A DNA stretch of 64,000 nt from Calditrichia bacterium. Its GTDB lineage: Bacteria; Calditrichota; Calditrichia; JAJRVZ01. Below are positions 1 to 11,994 of the stretch, in pieces. Made by a program: the position numbers and the translations under genes. Numbering within the stretch: the first letter of the stretch is position 1; the number at the start of each line of letters is the position of its first letter. The stretch spans positions 192,001 through 256,000 of the forward strand of contig CAWCNS010000006.1 of the NCBI GenBank assembly GCA_963796965.1. The letters are read 5' to 3'. The notes below the pieces were generated by a model. That model made no database searches and had not been told where the DNA came from. It saw only the letters and a list, made by a program, of their open reading frames with translations.

Positions 1-722
1 TTCCTTAACCGATCAAAAAGTCTAAAAGTGAGATCGTCCTGACCGGAACAGATTTCATCTATTCTTATGGTATCTGTAAAATAATAACATGTCTTAGCAC
101 GTGAAGATGCATGTATTAATACATCTCTAACATTCTTCTTCTGTTTTGCAACAAATACCGTTGATCCATTCTTGATAATAGATGCTTTTTCCAAGGCAAT
201 AGATTTTAAACGAGAGCCCAGCTGTTTTGTATGATCAATTTCAATAGGAGTTATAACAACTGATAGGGGTTTTACGATATTCGTTGAATCGAGGCGTCCT
301 CCTAAGCCAGTCTCAATAATCGCCACATCGATATTATTTTTTCTGAAATACATAAACGCTAGAGCAGTCGTCGTATCAAAAAAGGTAGCTCTTAGTTTAT
401 TAACCAATGATGAAATCTTTTGCCAGTATTCAACAACGAAATCTTTGTCAATTTGTTCTTCATTGACAGTAATTCTTTCTCTAAAATCCACCAAGTGGGG
501 GGAGGTATACAATCCAACCTTTAGTCCATGTAAAGATAAAATGGACTGAATCATACGCGAAGTAGAACCTTTCCCGTTGGTTCCAGCCACATGAATAACC
601 GGATATGAATTCTGAGGATTATCTAAAAAATCGCAGATTTTTGTGATGTTATCCAAACCCATTTTGATGGAAAATTGCTGTAATTTATATAATTCTGAAA
701 TTGTATTGGAATAAGTATTCAT
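1..722 (-). CDS. folC: Folylpolyglutamate synthase/dihydrofolate synthase, 3' end runs off the window
   Basis: Not in ORF track. Manual minus-strand translation from ATG 722 gives HVAGTNGKGST, YTSPHL and ETGLGGRLDSTN motifs. Confidence 0.92.
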   Translation of the reverse strand, partial: MNTYSNTISELYKLQQFSIKMGLDNITKICDFLDNPQNSYPVIHVAGTNGKGSTSRMIQSILSLHGLKVGLYTSPHLVDFRERITVNEEQIDKDFVVEYWQKISSLVNKLRATFFDTTTALAFMYFRKNNIDVAIIETGLGGRLDSTNIVKPLSVVITPIEIDHTKQLGSRLKSIALEKASIIKNGSTVFVAKQKKNVRDVLIHASSRAKTCYYFTDTIRIDEICSGQDDLTFRLFDRLR

Positions 723-836
723 ATTATAATTGAGACTTGATGTTTTTTGCGTTGAACAATCAGGAGTTTTGTGTTAATGAAAAATAAATGAATGTAAGCA
801 TAAATGCGGTTTAAATATCAAATGTACATCTGAAAT

Positions 837-1259
837 TTATATCAATTTACCCAAAATATAACCAATAACTATTCCAATCAATAAAACCACTGTTAAGACC
901 CGATAGTTCAGTACATCTCTAGAGTATCCCTTTTTGATTGCCACCACTGAAACAAAATAACCTAATGCGTTTATTATCCAAAAAATGGGCAAGGCAAGTA
1001 ATTTTGCTACTATTGGACCTATCAGGGGAACAAGTGCAATAATACTGATCAAGCCAACGAACGCCTGCGTAATTAAACCGAAAACAACAACAATTGCGCC
1101 AATAAGCGTTTTATCGACCTCATAATGAAGAGCCAAGGTAACAAAAATGCCAATAATCATCCATACGACGATTGTTTTCCAGAAAGCAAGAAAAAAATCT
1201 TTAATTGTAATATGAAGTTTAGTTGAAGTTACCTTGTTTTCGGGGGAGTTTTCATTCAT
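837..1259 (-). CDS. Hypothetical integral membrane protein, 140 aa, about 4 TM segments
   Basis: Highly hydrophobic ORF; start overlaps the uppS stop. Confidence 0.75.
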   Translation of the reverse strand: MNENSPENKVTSTKLHITIKDFFLAFWKTIVVWMIIGIFVTLALHYEVDKTLIGAIVVVFGLITQAFVGLISIIALVPLIGPIVAKLLALPIFWIINALGYFVSVVAIKKGYSRDVLNYRVLTVVLLIGIVIGYILGKLI

Positions 1260-2047
1260 TAAGATTCTTGCAACGAGGTTTTAGAATACAATTGTTCGGT
1301 AACCATACCAAATCTGCGCTCTCGCTTCAAAAAGTTATTGATCGCTTCATGCAAATCTGGTGTCCTGAAATCAGGCCACAATGTATTTGTCACATATATT
1401 TCTGCATAGGCAATTTGCCAGAGCATAAAATTGCTTATTCTAAACTCACCACTTGTTCTTATGACCAGATCTGGATCTGGAAGTCCTGATGTTTGCAAAT
1501 ATTCACTAATTAATGACTCATCTATCTGGTCCGGTGCAATCTTCCCAGAAACCACATCCTCGACGATACCGGCGACCGCATTCTTAATTTCTTTTCGGCT
1601 TCCATAACTTAAAGCTAAATTTAATGTTAAACCTGTGTTATCTTTGGTCATCTCAATGGCATCCATCATGCTATAACTAGTATCCCCAGGCAGATCATCT
1701 AAATTACCTATGCAAGTAATCCGCACGTTTTTATCCATTAATTCTCTAATTTCGCGATTTAAAGTCCTCACCAGGAGTTTCATGAGAGCAGAAACTTCAT
1801 TCAATGGTCTTTTCCAATTTTCCTGAGAAAAAGTAAAGAGCGTAAGCACCTCTATACCCATCTCTCCACAAGCTTCTACAACTTCGCGAACAGAATCTAT
1901 ACCGGCGTTATGACCAGCGATCCGCGGTAACATTCGTTTTTTTGCCCAGCGGCCATTGCCATCCATAATAATCCCAATATGTCTTGGTAAATTGGGGTGT
2001 TCTGCTAACCAGGATTTTAAATTTTGCTTTTTAGGATTTGCATTCAC
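1259..2047 (-). CDS. uppS: Undecaprenyl diphosphate synthase (isoprenyl transferase)
   Basis: HIGIIMDGNGRWA, FSQENWKRP and DLVIRTSGEFRISNFMLWQ motifs. Confidence 0.96.
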   Translation of the reverse strand: MNANPKKQNLKSWLAEHPNLPRHIGIIMDGNGRWAKKRMLPRIAGHNAGIDSVREVVEACGEMGIEVLTLFTFSQENWKRPLNEVSALMKLLVRTLNREIRELMDKNVRITCIGNLDDLPGDTSYSMMDAIEMTKDNTGLTLNLALSYGSRKEIKNAVAGIVEDVVSGKIAPDQIDESLISEYLQTSGLPDPDLVIRTSGEFRISNFMLWQIAYAEIYVTNTLWPDFRTPDLHEAINNFLKRERRFGMVTEQLYSKTSLQES

Positions 2048-2383
2048 TATATAATATCTCTTTTAAATTAAATAATTTACCTTCATTATATTGAAAGTCA
2101 AGAAAAATATGTTACCAAATTCTCAATAATTGTGAGCAATATTTATGATTATCGGAATAAAAACTCGGATATTTATTTTTAAAAATTGTATTTACTCAAT
2201 CAGGACAAAAATACACTAAAATTATAGTCAACAATATAAAAATGAATTTTCTATAGAAACTAACAAATCTATCTCAAAGTGCCAAAGAAAATTTAGACTG
2301 TATGAAGAACAGTTAATTTAATTGCGCTGATCGAGGTTCTTGTTTAAATTTTTAGTTTATATGAATTCTAACCGGCATAATGT

Positions 2384-4182
2384 ATGTATATAAATAAAAT
2401 AAGAAATTTTTGTATTATTGCTCATATTGATCATGGAAAATCTACTCTTGCAGATAGAATGCTTGAGGTTACAAGTACAATTTCCAAACGAGATCTCGTC
2501 GAGCAGGTTCTTGATGATATGGATTTGGAGAGGGAGCGGGGGATTACAATAAAATCGCATGCTATTCAAATGCAATACACTGCTCCAAATAATGAGACAT
2601 ATACTTTTAATTTAATAGATACACCAGGCCATGTGGACTTTTCTTTCGAGGTCTTCCGAAGTCTGGCCGCCTGCGAGGGGGCGTTATTAGTTGTTGATGC
2701 TGCCCAGGGTATCGAAGCACAAACATTAAGTAATCTTTACCTGGCTATAGAGAATGACCTTCATATTATTCCAGTTATAAATAAAATAGATTTACCCAGC
2801 GCCCAGGTTGAATCAGTAAAAAATCAAATTATTCAGGTCATTGGTTGTTCAGAGGATGAAATTTTTCTAGTGAGTGCAAAATCAGGCAAGGGTGTTGATC
2901 TCGTTTTGGAGGAAATAGTTGAAAAAATTCCTCCCCCATCAGGCTCGGTAGAAAATCCTGCTCAAGCACTTGTTTTTGATTCTGTTTTTGATTCGTACCG
3001 TGGTGTGATTACCTACATAAGAGTTTTTGAGGGGATGTTTTCAAAAAACGAAGCTATAAAGTTCTTTCAATCATCAAAGCATTTTGAAGTCGGGGAAATT
3101 GGTATTTTGAAAATGACCCGAAAACCTATTGATTATTTGAGAGCAGGAGAAGTGGGCTATCTCATCTCAGGTGCAAAAGATGTCCATGAAACCAAAGTGG
3201 GTGACACCATTACCACAGTCAAATCAGCGGCTCAAGATCCTCTGATTACATACAAAGAGATCCATCCTATGGTATACAGTGGTATTTATCCTGTCGATAG
3301 TGATGACTTTGAGCAATTACGTGAATCCCTTGCAAAACTATATATTAATGACAGTTCGCTGGTTTTTGAACCTGAGACATCAAAAGCTCTGGGTTTTGGA
3401 TTTCGCTGTGGTTTTCTTAGGACTCTTACATATGGAAATTATCCAGGAACGTTTAGAACGTGAATACAAAATTAGCATCATCAATACCGTTCCAAATGTT
3501 GTTTACCATGTCTATAAGAATAATGGCGAAAAAATTGAAATTGACAATCCAACCTTATTGCCCCCTCCGGGAAATATTGATCATATTGAGGAGCCTTTTA
3601 TAGAAGCTCAAATTATAACCCCCTCAGAATATATTGGAAATATTATGAAGTTGACTCGTGATCGCCGGGGTATTTTTGTAAATACTCTTTACCTTGATAC
3701 TTCCCGTGTTGACATGACGTTTAAGTTACCATTAGCAGAAGTAATATTCGATTTTTTTGATAAGCTAAAATCGCTTTCCCGTGGATATGCCTCATTTGAC
3801 TATGAGATCGATAGTTATCAACAATCTGATCTGGTTAAAATAGATATTTTGATCAACGGAGAGATCGTTGATGCTTTATCAATGATTGCACATAGGGATA
3901 AAGCGTATGAATGGGGAAGCCGGTTATGCCGAAAATTAAAAGACCTCATCCCCAGACAAATGTTTGAAGTTGCTATTCAAGCTGCAATCGGAAGTAAAGT
4001 TATTGCCCGAACGTACTGTGAAGGCACTTAGAAAAAATGTGACCGCCAAATGTTATGGTGGTGATATTTCCAGAAAAAGAAAACTGCTGGAGAAACAAAA
4101 AGAGGGTAAAAAACGAATGAAAAAACTGGGAAGTGTGGAAATTCCCCAGGAGGCCTTTCTTGCAGTACTTGTCAATGGATGA
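2384..4182 (+). CDS. lepA: Elongation factor 4 (LepA); frameshifts near 3420 and 4010
   Basis: [44 protein letters not shown] and [25 protein letters not shown] spread over three ORF-track fragments. Confidence 0.95.
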
Positions 4183-4252
4183 CGATAAATCCTGAAACTT
4201 TTAATCATTCAGTGACGTTATCTTTAACAAGAGTAATATAGAGGAGATATTT

Positions 4253-4985
4253 TTGAACAAAAGAAAAATTGAAGATGATAAACGCTCCCGGGATTTTTTT
4301 GAAGGATTATTCGTTGCCCTGATTGCAGCTCTTATCATAAGACAATTTATAGTTCAGGCTTATCGGATTCCAACATCTTCCATGGAGGATACATTACTTA
4401 TCGGGGATTTTTTACTCGTAAATAAATTTAATTATGGTATGCGTACCCCTGATTGGATTGGGATTCCTTATACAGATCTTGGAATCGATATCCCCTGGGT
4501 GAGAATTCCAGGATTTAAAACTCCTAAACAGAATGATGTTGTTATCTTCCGCTATCCCCTCGATCCAAGTCTTGATTACATTAAACGATGTATTGCAACT
4601 GGAGGGCAACAATAGAGATTGTTGACAAAGAAGTTTATGTGGATGGTGTTCAATTTCCACGCCCACCAGATATGAAATTTATGGACAGAAATACTCTAAT
4701 GAGAAAAATGAAGGGCGGTACACTTTTCCAACCTTTGAGAATAATAAATATGGAAGCCGTGATAATTTCGGACCTCTGAAAATCCCGGAAAATAATTATT
4801 TTATGATGGGTGATAACCGAGATCGAAGTTCTGATAGCCGCGCCTGGGGTTTTGTACATTCGATAATATAGTTGGCGAAGCGCTTAATAATATATCTTTC
4901 CTGGGAGGGTGATTTTAAATTTTCCGATATTTTTATCTTCTTCAAGAAAGTTAGATTTGAAAGAATTGCCAATATAATTCGATAA
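4253..4985 (+). CDS. lepB: Signal peptidase I, frameshifted
   Basis: IPTSSMEDTLLIGDFLLVNK, DYIKRC, then YFMMGDNRDRSSDSRAWGFV in another frame; lepA-lepB synteny. Confidence 0.9.
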
Positions 4986-4990
4986 AAAGA

Positions 4991-6151
4991 ATGAATATTT
5001 CTTCCAAACCTGGACTATACCTGCATATTCCCTTTTGTCAATCCAAATGTGGATATTGTGATTTTTATTCTGTAGAAGATATTTCGTTGATTAAACCATT
5101 TATCAAGGCAATAATTGAGGAAATTAATACTTACCGCAGACCACATTCGAAACAAATGGGGTGTTTGATACCATTTATCTGGAGGGGGTACTCCATCTCT
5201 TTTAAATATTCAAGACTTTGAATTAATTCTGAACACATTATCAACCCGGTTTATTATTGATAAGAACTGTGAAATTACTGTTGAAATAAATCCCGGTACA
5301 GTACAATTGACTGATCTAATAAAGATGAAAGCATTGGGTATTAATCGAATTAGTATCGGGGTCCAGAGTTTTTTAGACAATGAGTTAGTGACTGCTGAGA
5401 GAATCCATACAGCAAAGGAGACTGTTAAAGTCAATTCAGAATTGTCGGAAAGCCGGATTCAACAATATTAATATTGATTTGATCTTTGCCTTGCCGGGTC
5501 AATCTATTGAAAATTGGAATCATTCTCTTGAAAAAGTTATTTCGTTCAATCCAGAACACCTTTCTGTTTATAATCTAAGCTTATGAAGAGGGAACACCTT
5601 TTTTACAAAAATTGAAAATGGGCAGAATTTTACAACATGAGTGAAGAGAAGGAAATAAAATTCTTCAATATGGGACACCATATTCTTGATAGAGAATGGC
5701 TACATACATTACGAAGTTTCGAATTATGCAAAATCAGAAGAACACCATTTCAAGGCATAATTATAAATATTGGAATCATACACCGTATTTGGGATTTGGT
5801 CCTTCTGCTCATTCATATTGTGGGAGAATCCACGATGGTCAAATGTCAGATCCGTATCAGAATATATGGCTTGCTTGGCAAAAAAAGAAATGCCCCAAGA
5901 TTTTAAGGAAGATCTTACCAGAGAAGATTTGATGTTTGAGCATATCTTTCTGGCCCTGCGAACCTATCGTGGTATTTGTTTGGAGGAATTTAGAAATAAA
6001 TTTGCGCTCCCATTTGAAAATATGTATAAATCTGAAATTCATATTCTGAAACAAGAAAAGTTGGCCAAAATCAGACAATGGTTATTTTAAACTTACAGAA
6101 AAAGGAATGCTCATTTGTGATGATATTTTGCTCCGATTTTCAAAAATATAA
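4991..6151 (+). CDS. hemW: Radical SAM heme chaperone HemW (HemN-like), multiple frameshifts
   Basis: LYLHIPFCQSKCGYCDF CxxxCxxC motif, GGGTPS, HNYKYW...YLGFGPSAHS. Confidence 0.88.
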
Positions 6152-7980
6152 ACCTGGTATATTGCTCCATTTTACCATTCTTGTTATAATATGTTTGCCT
6201 GTCCAATCGACCTGGGCACAATCTTTCAATAACCAACTAAAAATAGCCAATTCCCTGGAGAGAAGTCATAATTACGCTGATGCCCTTAAAATTTATCAGG
6301 AAATTTTCAAAAGGACCCTCGTAATATGGCTGCTATTGCAGGGATAAAAAATTGCTACATTGGTTTACAGCAATATACTGAGTTAATTCAATTTTTAGAA
6401 AAGGTAGTGAAATCACAAGGCGCTCAGCGTAATTGGCAGGTAGAACTTGCCGAAGCCTATTTTCTAAACAATGAACGGGAAAAGGCCTTTTCTCTGTGGA
6501 AAAGCTTCTTAGAGGTGTCTAAAAAATGATCCTGCTGCTTATAGACTTGTGGCCGGAACAATGATCAGACAACGTCTTTTTGATGATGCAATTTCGGTGT
6601 ATACAGAGGCCATCAATAATTTAAAAAGACAAGAACTATTACATTTAGATATTGCCAACCTTTATCGGGCACAATTGAATTATGAAAAAGCAAGTGAGCA
6701 TTATCTTCAATACTATATGTATTACCCAAAACAATTTGCTTTTGTTCAAAACCAATTGTTGAGTACTTTCAACGAAAATTTCTGATAGCAGTCCGGTAAC
6801 AAATGCTATTATTAGTTTTTTTAAAACAAAATCCCGATCAGGCTCAAATAAAAGAGGTTCTTGCCGGTATATATTTAAAGGATCAAAATTTTGACGCGGC
6901 CTTTATTGTTTACAAAAATCTGGAAACTGATAAAAGCGCCGGCAAATTTCTCTATAGATATGCTATCGAAGCCTATGCCAATGATGCATTTAAACATGCC
7001 ATTGAAGGATTTGAATATTTAATGCAGAAATATCCATCATCACCATTGATTCCACAGATCAAATTATGATCTTGGACGTTCCTATGCTGCATTAGCATAT
7101 GCCATTAGAACACAATGAAGAATCTGCGGAAATTATGCAGACAGGCCGAAAAGAATCTTTGAAAAAGAAAGTTCCAATGAGTAAACAACCAGATATATGC
7201 CCTTAACAGTATCATCAGTCTCGGTGATATTTATTTTAACTATTATTTTGATCTGGATAAGGCGATTATTAAGTACTACAAACGATATTTGAAACATGGT
7301 GTCCAATGGTAAATCAAGAGATCGCGTTTTCATTCAGCTTGGAGATACGTATATCTGACAAAAAACCAGCTGACCAGGCCCTGGAAGCATATAAACTTGT
7401 TTCACCATAAAAATCTGAAAGTCGTGCCGGATATAAAATTGCAGAGATTCATTTTTATAATCATGAGTTTAGTATTGCTTACAAACATTCTAACAAATAT
7501 TATCGGACAAATACCTCTCAGATGATCCTTTGATGAATGATATTTTAAGTCAGAAGTTTACTCCTAAAATCTTTTTCCCAGGACTCTTTGATTTTATCAA
7601 AATATGCTGATGCCGAATTTACTAAAATTTCAGAAAAAATATACCGAAGCTGCTGAAGAATTTTATAAAATATGTGAGGATAAAAATAATTTACAGTCAC
7701 TATCAGGAAGAGAAGCTGGAAAATTATATCTAAAACTTAAAAATATGACAGCTCAAAAAAAGTATTAACTTTACTGAGAACTGAAGTTCCAAATGATAAA
7801 GATTTTGATGAAATTCTATTTTTATTAGCTGAAAGTGAAGAAGCGTTTAACAATTTTCAGGAAGCAATTGATATTTTATCATGAATTGATGGTAACCCTT
7901 ACCCCAACAGTCATGTATATTCATCAATCGCGAGAAAAAGCCCGGGCTTTAAATGAAAAAATGACCCAGGACAAATTTAA
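6120..7980 (+). CDS. Large secreted TPR-repeat protein, heavily frameshifted; boundaries approximate
   Basis: Signal-like N-terminus ending TWAQ, then successive TPR-like helical fragments (YADALKIYQE, LAEAYFL, IANLYRAQLNYEKA, LAGIYLKDQNFDAA). Confidence 0.7.
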
Positions 7981-7984
7981 TACC

Positions 7985-9251
7985 ATGTGGATTCGAATCA
8001 TTACCATATTGTTTATCTTTTACAAGTTTTTTACAAGCTCAGATTATTTAATAATTCCAATGGATCTAAATCAAACAGATCATCTTAAAGCCTATGGAAT
8101 TGCATATTGGATTCTGGAAAAGAATACCAATGTAGAATGGTTACTAAATTATCGAGGAGGATCATTTCTTGTTCCTCAAATATCAGTATTTGAAAATGAA
8201 TGCCGTTTACGGGGTGTATTACTATGAAACAATTTCCGCAGTTCAGGTAAATGAGATTTATGGCACTATTGAAGAAAACAATATGGATAAAATATTGCTG
8301 GAAAAAGCACCAAAAATAGCAGTTTACACACCTCCGAACTCTCAACCCTGGGATGATGCTGTTACATTGGCACTCAACTATTCTGAAATTGAATATGACA
8401 AAATATATGATACAGAGGTCTTGGCGGGACTATTTATCCAAATATGACTGGTTGCATTTGCATCATGAAGATTTTACAGGGCAATATGGAAAATTTTGGG
8501 CAAGTTTTAAAAATGAGCCCTGGTATATTGAACAACAGATTGAAAGTGAAAAACTGGCTAGAAATCTAGGATATTCAGAAAGTAAGTCAACTAAAGGGAG
8601 CCGTTGCTCAGGAAATAAAACACTATGTTGAGTCAGGTGGTTTTTTATTTGCAATGTGTTCTGCAACGGATGCATTGGACATCGCACTTATCAGCGGAAA
8701 ATGTAGATATTTGCGATGTCCCTTTCGATCATGATCCAGCTGATCTAAATTATCTGGAAAAACTTGATTATACCAAAACACTCGCATTTCAAAATTTAAA
8801 CTATTACATAAATCCGAGTATTTATGAATTTAGCGATATTGATACCCCTCCCAGCCATCATGCCACGTCTTCGAGATGCTGACACTGATTATTTTACATT
8901 ATTTGAATTTTCTGCAAAATATGATCCCGTACCAACCATGCTTAACCCAAAATCATGTGAATGTGGTCAAGGGATTTATGGGACAAACAACCATGTTCCG
9001 GGAAGAAAACATAAAACCATCCATTGGTAATTATGGGAAAAATTGAAGGAAGCAATGAAGTAAAATATATTCATGGAAACATGGGTAAGGGAACTTTTAC
9101 TTTTTATGGAGGTCATGATCCAGAAGATTATACCCATCAGGTAGGAGATCCACCAACGGATTTATCTTTGCATAAAAATTCTCCAGGATACCGTCTGATT
9201 TTAAATAATATTCTTTTTCCTGCTGCAAAAAAGAAAAAATTGAAAACATAG
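7985..9251 (+). CDS. Conserved FCB-type exported protein of unknown function (family often labelled 'asparagine synthetase B'), frameshifted
   Basis: IPMD..QTDHLKAYGIAYW, WLLNYRGGSF, QPWDDAVTLAL, YDWLHLHHEDFTGQYGKFW, GHDPEDY..VGDPPTDLSLHKNSPGYRLILNN. Confidence 0.75.
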
Positions 9252-9263
9252 AGGAGGAGATAT

Positions 9264-9660
9264 ATGGAAAAGTTTATTGTTAAATCAAGCCAGCAGAGTC
9301 AAATCATTGATATTACAGCCAATTACAGTCCATAGTTAGCAGTAGTAGAATTGAGGAGGGTGTTTGTCACGTATTTATTCCTCATACAACAGCTGGCGTT
9401 ACCATCAATGAGAATGCTGATCCTGATGTCAAAGGCTGATATACTTGATGGAAATTAATAAAATCATTCCGTTTCAGGACAACTATAGACATATGGAAGG
9501 TAATTCAGCAGCCCATATAAAAGCATCATTATTTGGCAACTCACAAACTGTATTAATTGAGAATGGCCGGATCCAATTGGGTACCTGGCAAGGTATATTT
9601 TTCTGTGAATTTGATGGCCCCAGATCCAGAAAGGTTTGGGTTAATCTAACAAAGTCTTAA
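9264..9660 (+). CDS. yjbQ: YjbQ/UPF0047 family protein, frameshift near 9436
   Basis: [54 protein letters not shown]. Confidence 0.88.
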
Positions 9661-9729
9661 TTTTAATTTGTAAATAGAAGTGAAGAATTTTAAATTCGGC
9701 GCTACTATTGATTGAAGGGGAGATATATA

Positions 9730-11025
9730 ATGCTTGAAAATTTAGTTGATGTTTTAATAAAAAAAGTCCGAGATGAGGTTGTTTCTGATCCCAATATGCA
9801 TGACATCCCACTCGCTTATATCCAAACCCGCCAAATCCCAGATTCTGTGAAGCACTTTCTTGATCAGGAAGTTGAATTATGGATAAGAGACGAGGAAGAA
9901 AAATTCAATTCCAGTGATCGCTTCGACTATGACACACCAGAAGTTAGGATATTGATTGATCAGATATTTGATAATTTAAAACAAAATGCCCGTTTTCATA
10001 TCAATAAATTCAATCAACTTATTGAACGTGCCATCAAATTGGAAATGAATTACTTGATTGAGCCCCATAGAACACTAAGCCAATTCATATTTAAAGACCA
10101 GCAAATTGTTTCCACTATCGATATATACAATATGCTAAAATATTTCTTTAAGTATGAATATTATAAAGATGCTATTTCCGATTATTTTAATACCAAGTAT
10201 TTGCGGGAAATCTCAGGCGAGCAATTTAATCAATTAATCAGCCAAATCGATGAAAATGCTTATAAAGAAAATCGACTGGAGACAACATTACAAACGATAA
10301 AAACGTTAACTGGATTTATGCAGGAGGCGACTGGCGAAGAAGTTGAAGCTCTTGAGATTGATCTCTTGTTTCATGTTTTTAAAGATCGCAATCTGGAAAG
10401 TTATACCCAACTAATTGAAGAATTAAAATCAAGTGATCAAACAGAAATTTCACTCTCTGATTTAGAGGCTATACTTACCGCTGAAAGCCTTGATCCCATA
10501 AAGGCACCTCCAGAAGAAGTTGAAGTTAGCGATGAAACACTTACAATTGAGGCCGTGAAAGATATTGAAGATAGTAAACCCATTGTAGAAGTTGATGCGA
10601 TCGAACTTGATGAAATAAAGCATGAAGAAATTGCTGTAGAGGAAGAAGAGGAAGAGGAAGAAGAAGAGGAAGAAGAAGAAATTATCGCAGCAGCCCCTGT
10701 AGGAAAAACCAATGTTGCCGATGATATGGCTAATTTTGTTGCCAGCCAAATTCAATCTGATAAACCATTAGAAGATTTAAATGGTATGATAGTCGGACGA
10801 ACCAGAAAGAAAATCATTAAAAAACTATTCAATAAGAGTGAAAACGAATTTCTTTCCTTTGTCAATCTGGTAAACAATGAAGCAGCCTGGAAAGAAGCTT
10901 CTGTTACAATAGACAATGAATTTTATGAGCGTGGAATTAATCCCTACTCAAAAGAAGCAATTATGTTTTCCGATATTATCTATTTAAGGTTTTTTCCTAA
11001 AGATCGCTATGTTGGAGAACAGTGA
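9730..11025 (+). CDS. Hypothetical acidic protein with a poly-Glu linker
   Basis: Intact ~430 aa ORF: helical N-part, E-rich linker, compact C-terminal domain. Confidence 0.8.
   Translation: MLENLVDVLIKKVRDEVVSDPNMHDIPLAYIQTRQIPDSVKHFLDQEVELWIRDEEEKFNSSDRFDYDTPEVRILIDQIFDNLKQNARFHINKFNQLIERAIKLEMNYLIEPHRTLSQFIFKDQQIVSTIDIYNMLKYFFKYEYYKDAISDYFNTKYLREISGEQFNQLISQIDENAYKENRLETTLQTIKTLTGFMQEATGEEVEALEIDLLFHVFKDRNLESYTQLIEELKSSDQTEISLSDLEAILTAESLDPIKAPPEEVEVSDETLTIEAVKDIEDSKPIVEVDAIELDEIKHEEIAVEEEEEEEEEEEEEEIIAAAPVGKTNVADDMANFVASQIQSDKPLEDLNGMIVGRTRKKIIKKLFNKSENEFLSFVNLVNNEAAWKEASVTIDNEFYERGINPYSKEAIMFSDIIYLRFFPKDRYVGEQ
10639..10680 (+). repeat. (GAR)14 in-frame low-complexity repeat encoding 14 Glu
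   Basis: gag gaa gaa gag gaa gag gaa gaa gaa gag gaa gaa gaa gaa read directly. Confidence 0.9.
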
Positions 11026-11115
11026 TAAGTTTTCAATAAATAATATTAGATCTAAAAGAGAACAATTGATAAATTGTTCTCTTTTTTTTTCGATCAATTT
11101 AATCCGGAATTCTAT

Positions 11116-11925
11116 ATGATTGATTATCATATTCATACAAGACTCTGTAAACATGCCGAAGGAGAAATACACTCATATGTTGAGCAGGCAATTAAATTAG
11201 GATTAAAGGAAATAGCCTTCACAGATCATATTCCACTTCCGGATAATTTTGATATTGCTCATCGCATGTCCTATGAGGAAATAGACACCTATGCTGGTTG
11301 GGTAATCAAAATGCAGTCCCTATATCCGGAAATTACGATTCGTTTTGGAATTGAGGCGGATTACTATAAGGGTATGGAAGATTTTGTTGAGAATATACTC
11401 AATTCTTACGATTTTGATGTCGTCATAATGTCTGTTCATTTTTTACATCACTGGCCGCAGGGAAATTGGGTTTTTAACTTTAATTTTCCGGATAAAACAA
11501 CAAAGGAAATATATAAAGATTATTTAGCAACCATTATTCAGGGCATCAGTACAGGATTATTTGATGTGGTTGGACATATTGATATTCTAAAAGTACCAGG
11601 TCATTCTTTTACCCAATTAATTCCCAATCAGGTGGATGATCTTCTAAAATCAATTTTAAACAACAAGATGGCAATGGAGATCAACACATCCGGATTTCGC
11701 AAATCAGCAAATGAGCCTTATCCTGGATATGATTGGTTAAAAATGATTAAAAAAAATCAAATTCCGCTAACCACCGGTTCAGACGCACATGCCCCGGGCC
11801 AGGTTGGACTGAATTTCCCAAATTTATATCGACGTCTTAATTTCGAAGGGATCCAAACTTTATCTTGTTACAAGAAGAGGAAACGAACCAGTATAAGTAT
11901 CAAGACACTTGGTAAATTCGAATAG
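11116..11925 (+). CDS. PHP-family histidinol-phosphatase (HisJ/HisK-like)
   Basis: DYHIHT..CKHA, FTDH, GIEAD, SVH, GHID, EINTSG, GSDAH metal-binding motifs. Confidence 0.88.
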   Translation: MIDYHIHTRLCKHAEGEIHSYVEQAIKLGLKEIAFTDHIPLPDNFDIAHRMSYEEIDTYAGWVIKMQSLYPEITIRFGIEADYYKGMEDFVENILNSYDFDVVIMSVHFLHHWPQGNWVFNFNFPDKTTKEIYKDYLATIIQGISTGLFDVVGHIDILKVPGHSFTQLIPNQVDDLLKSILNNKMAMEINTSGFRKSANEPYPGYDWLKMIKKNQIPLTTGSDAHAPGQVGLNFPNLYRRLNFEGIQTLSCYKKRKRTSISIKTLGKFE

Positions 11926-11994
11926 ATTAATAAAATATATCTTCAGTATTTCAAATAGATTTCAGCATCGTGAAGTCACAAAAGGGGTATTAAT

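Noticed and set aside
7835..8227. ORF-track 130 aa protein
   Set aside because: Chimera of the TPR gene's end and the next gene's start, created by indels.
2384..9660. Split lepA, lepB, hemW, TPR and yjbQ as pseudogenes or programmed frameshifts
   Set aside because: Too many breaks, in conserved or essential genes, with no shared slippery motif; sequencing indels explain them better.
10437..10755. Poly-Ser and poly-Phe ORFs on the minus strand
   Set aside because: Antisense shadows of the poly-Glu tract.
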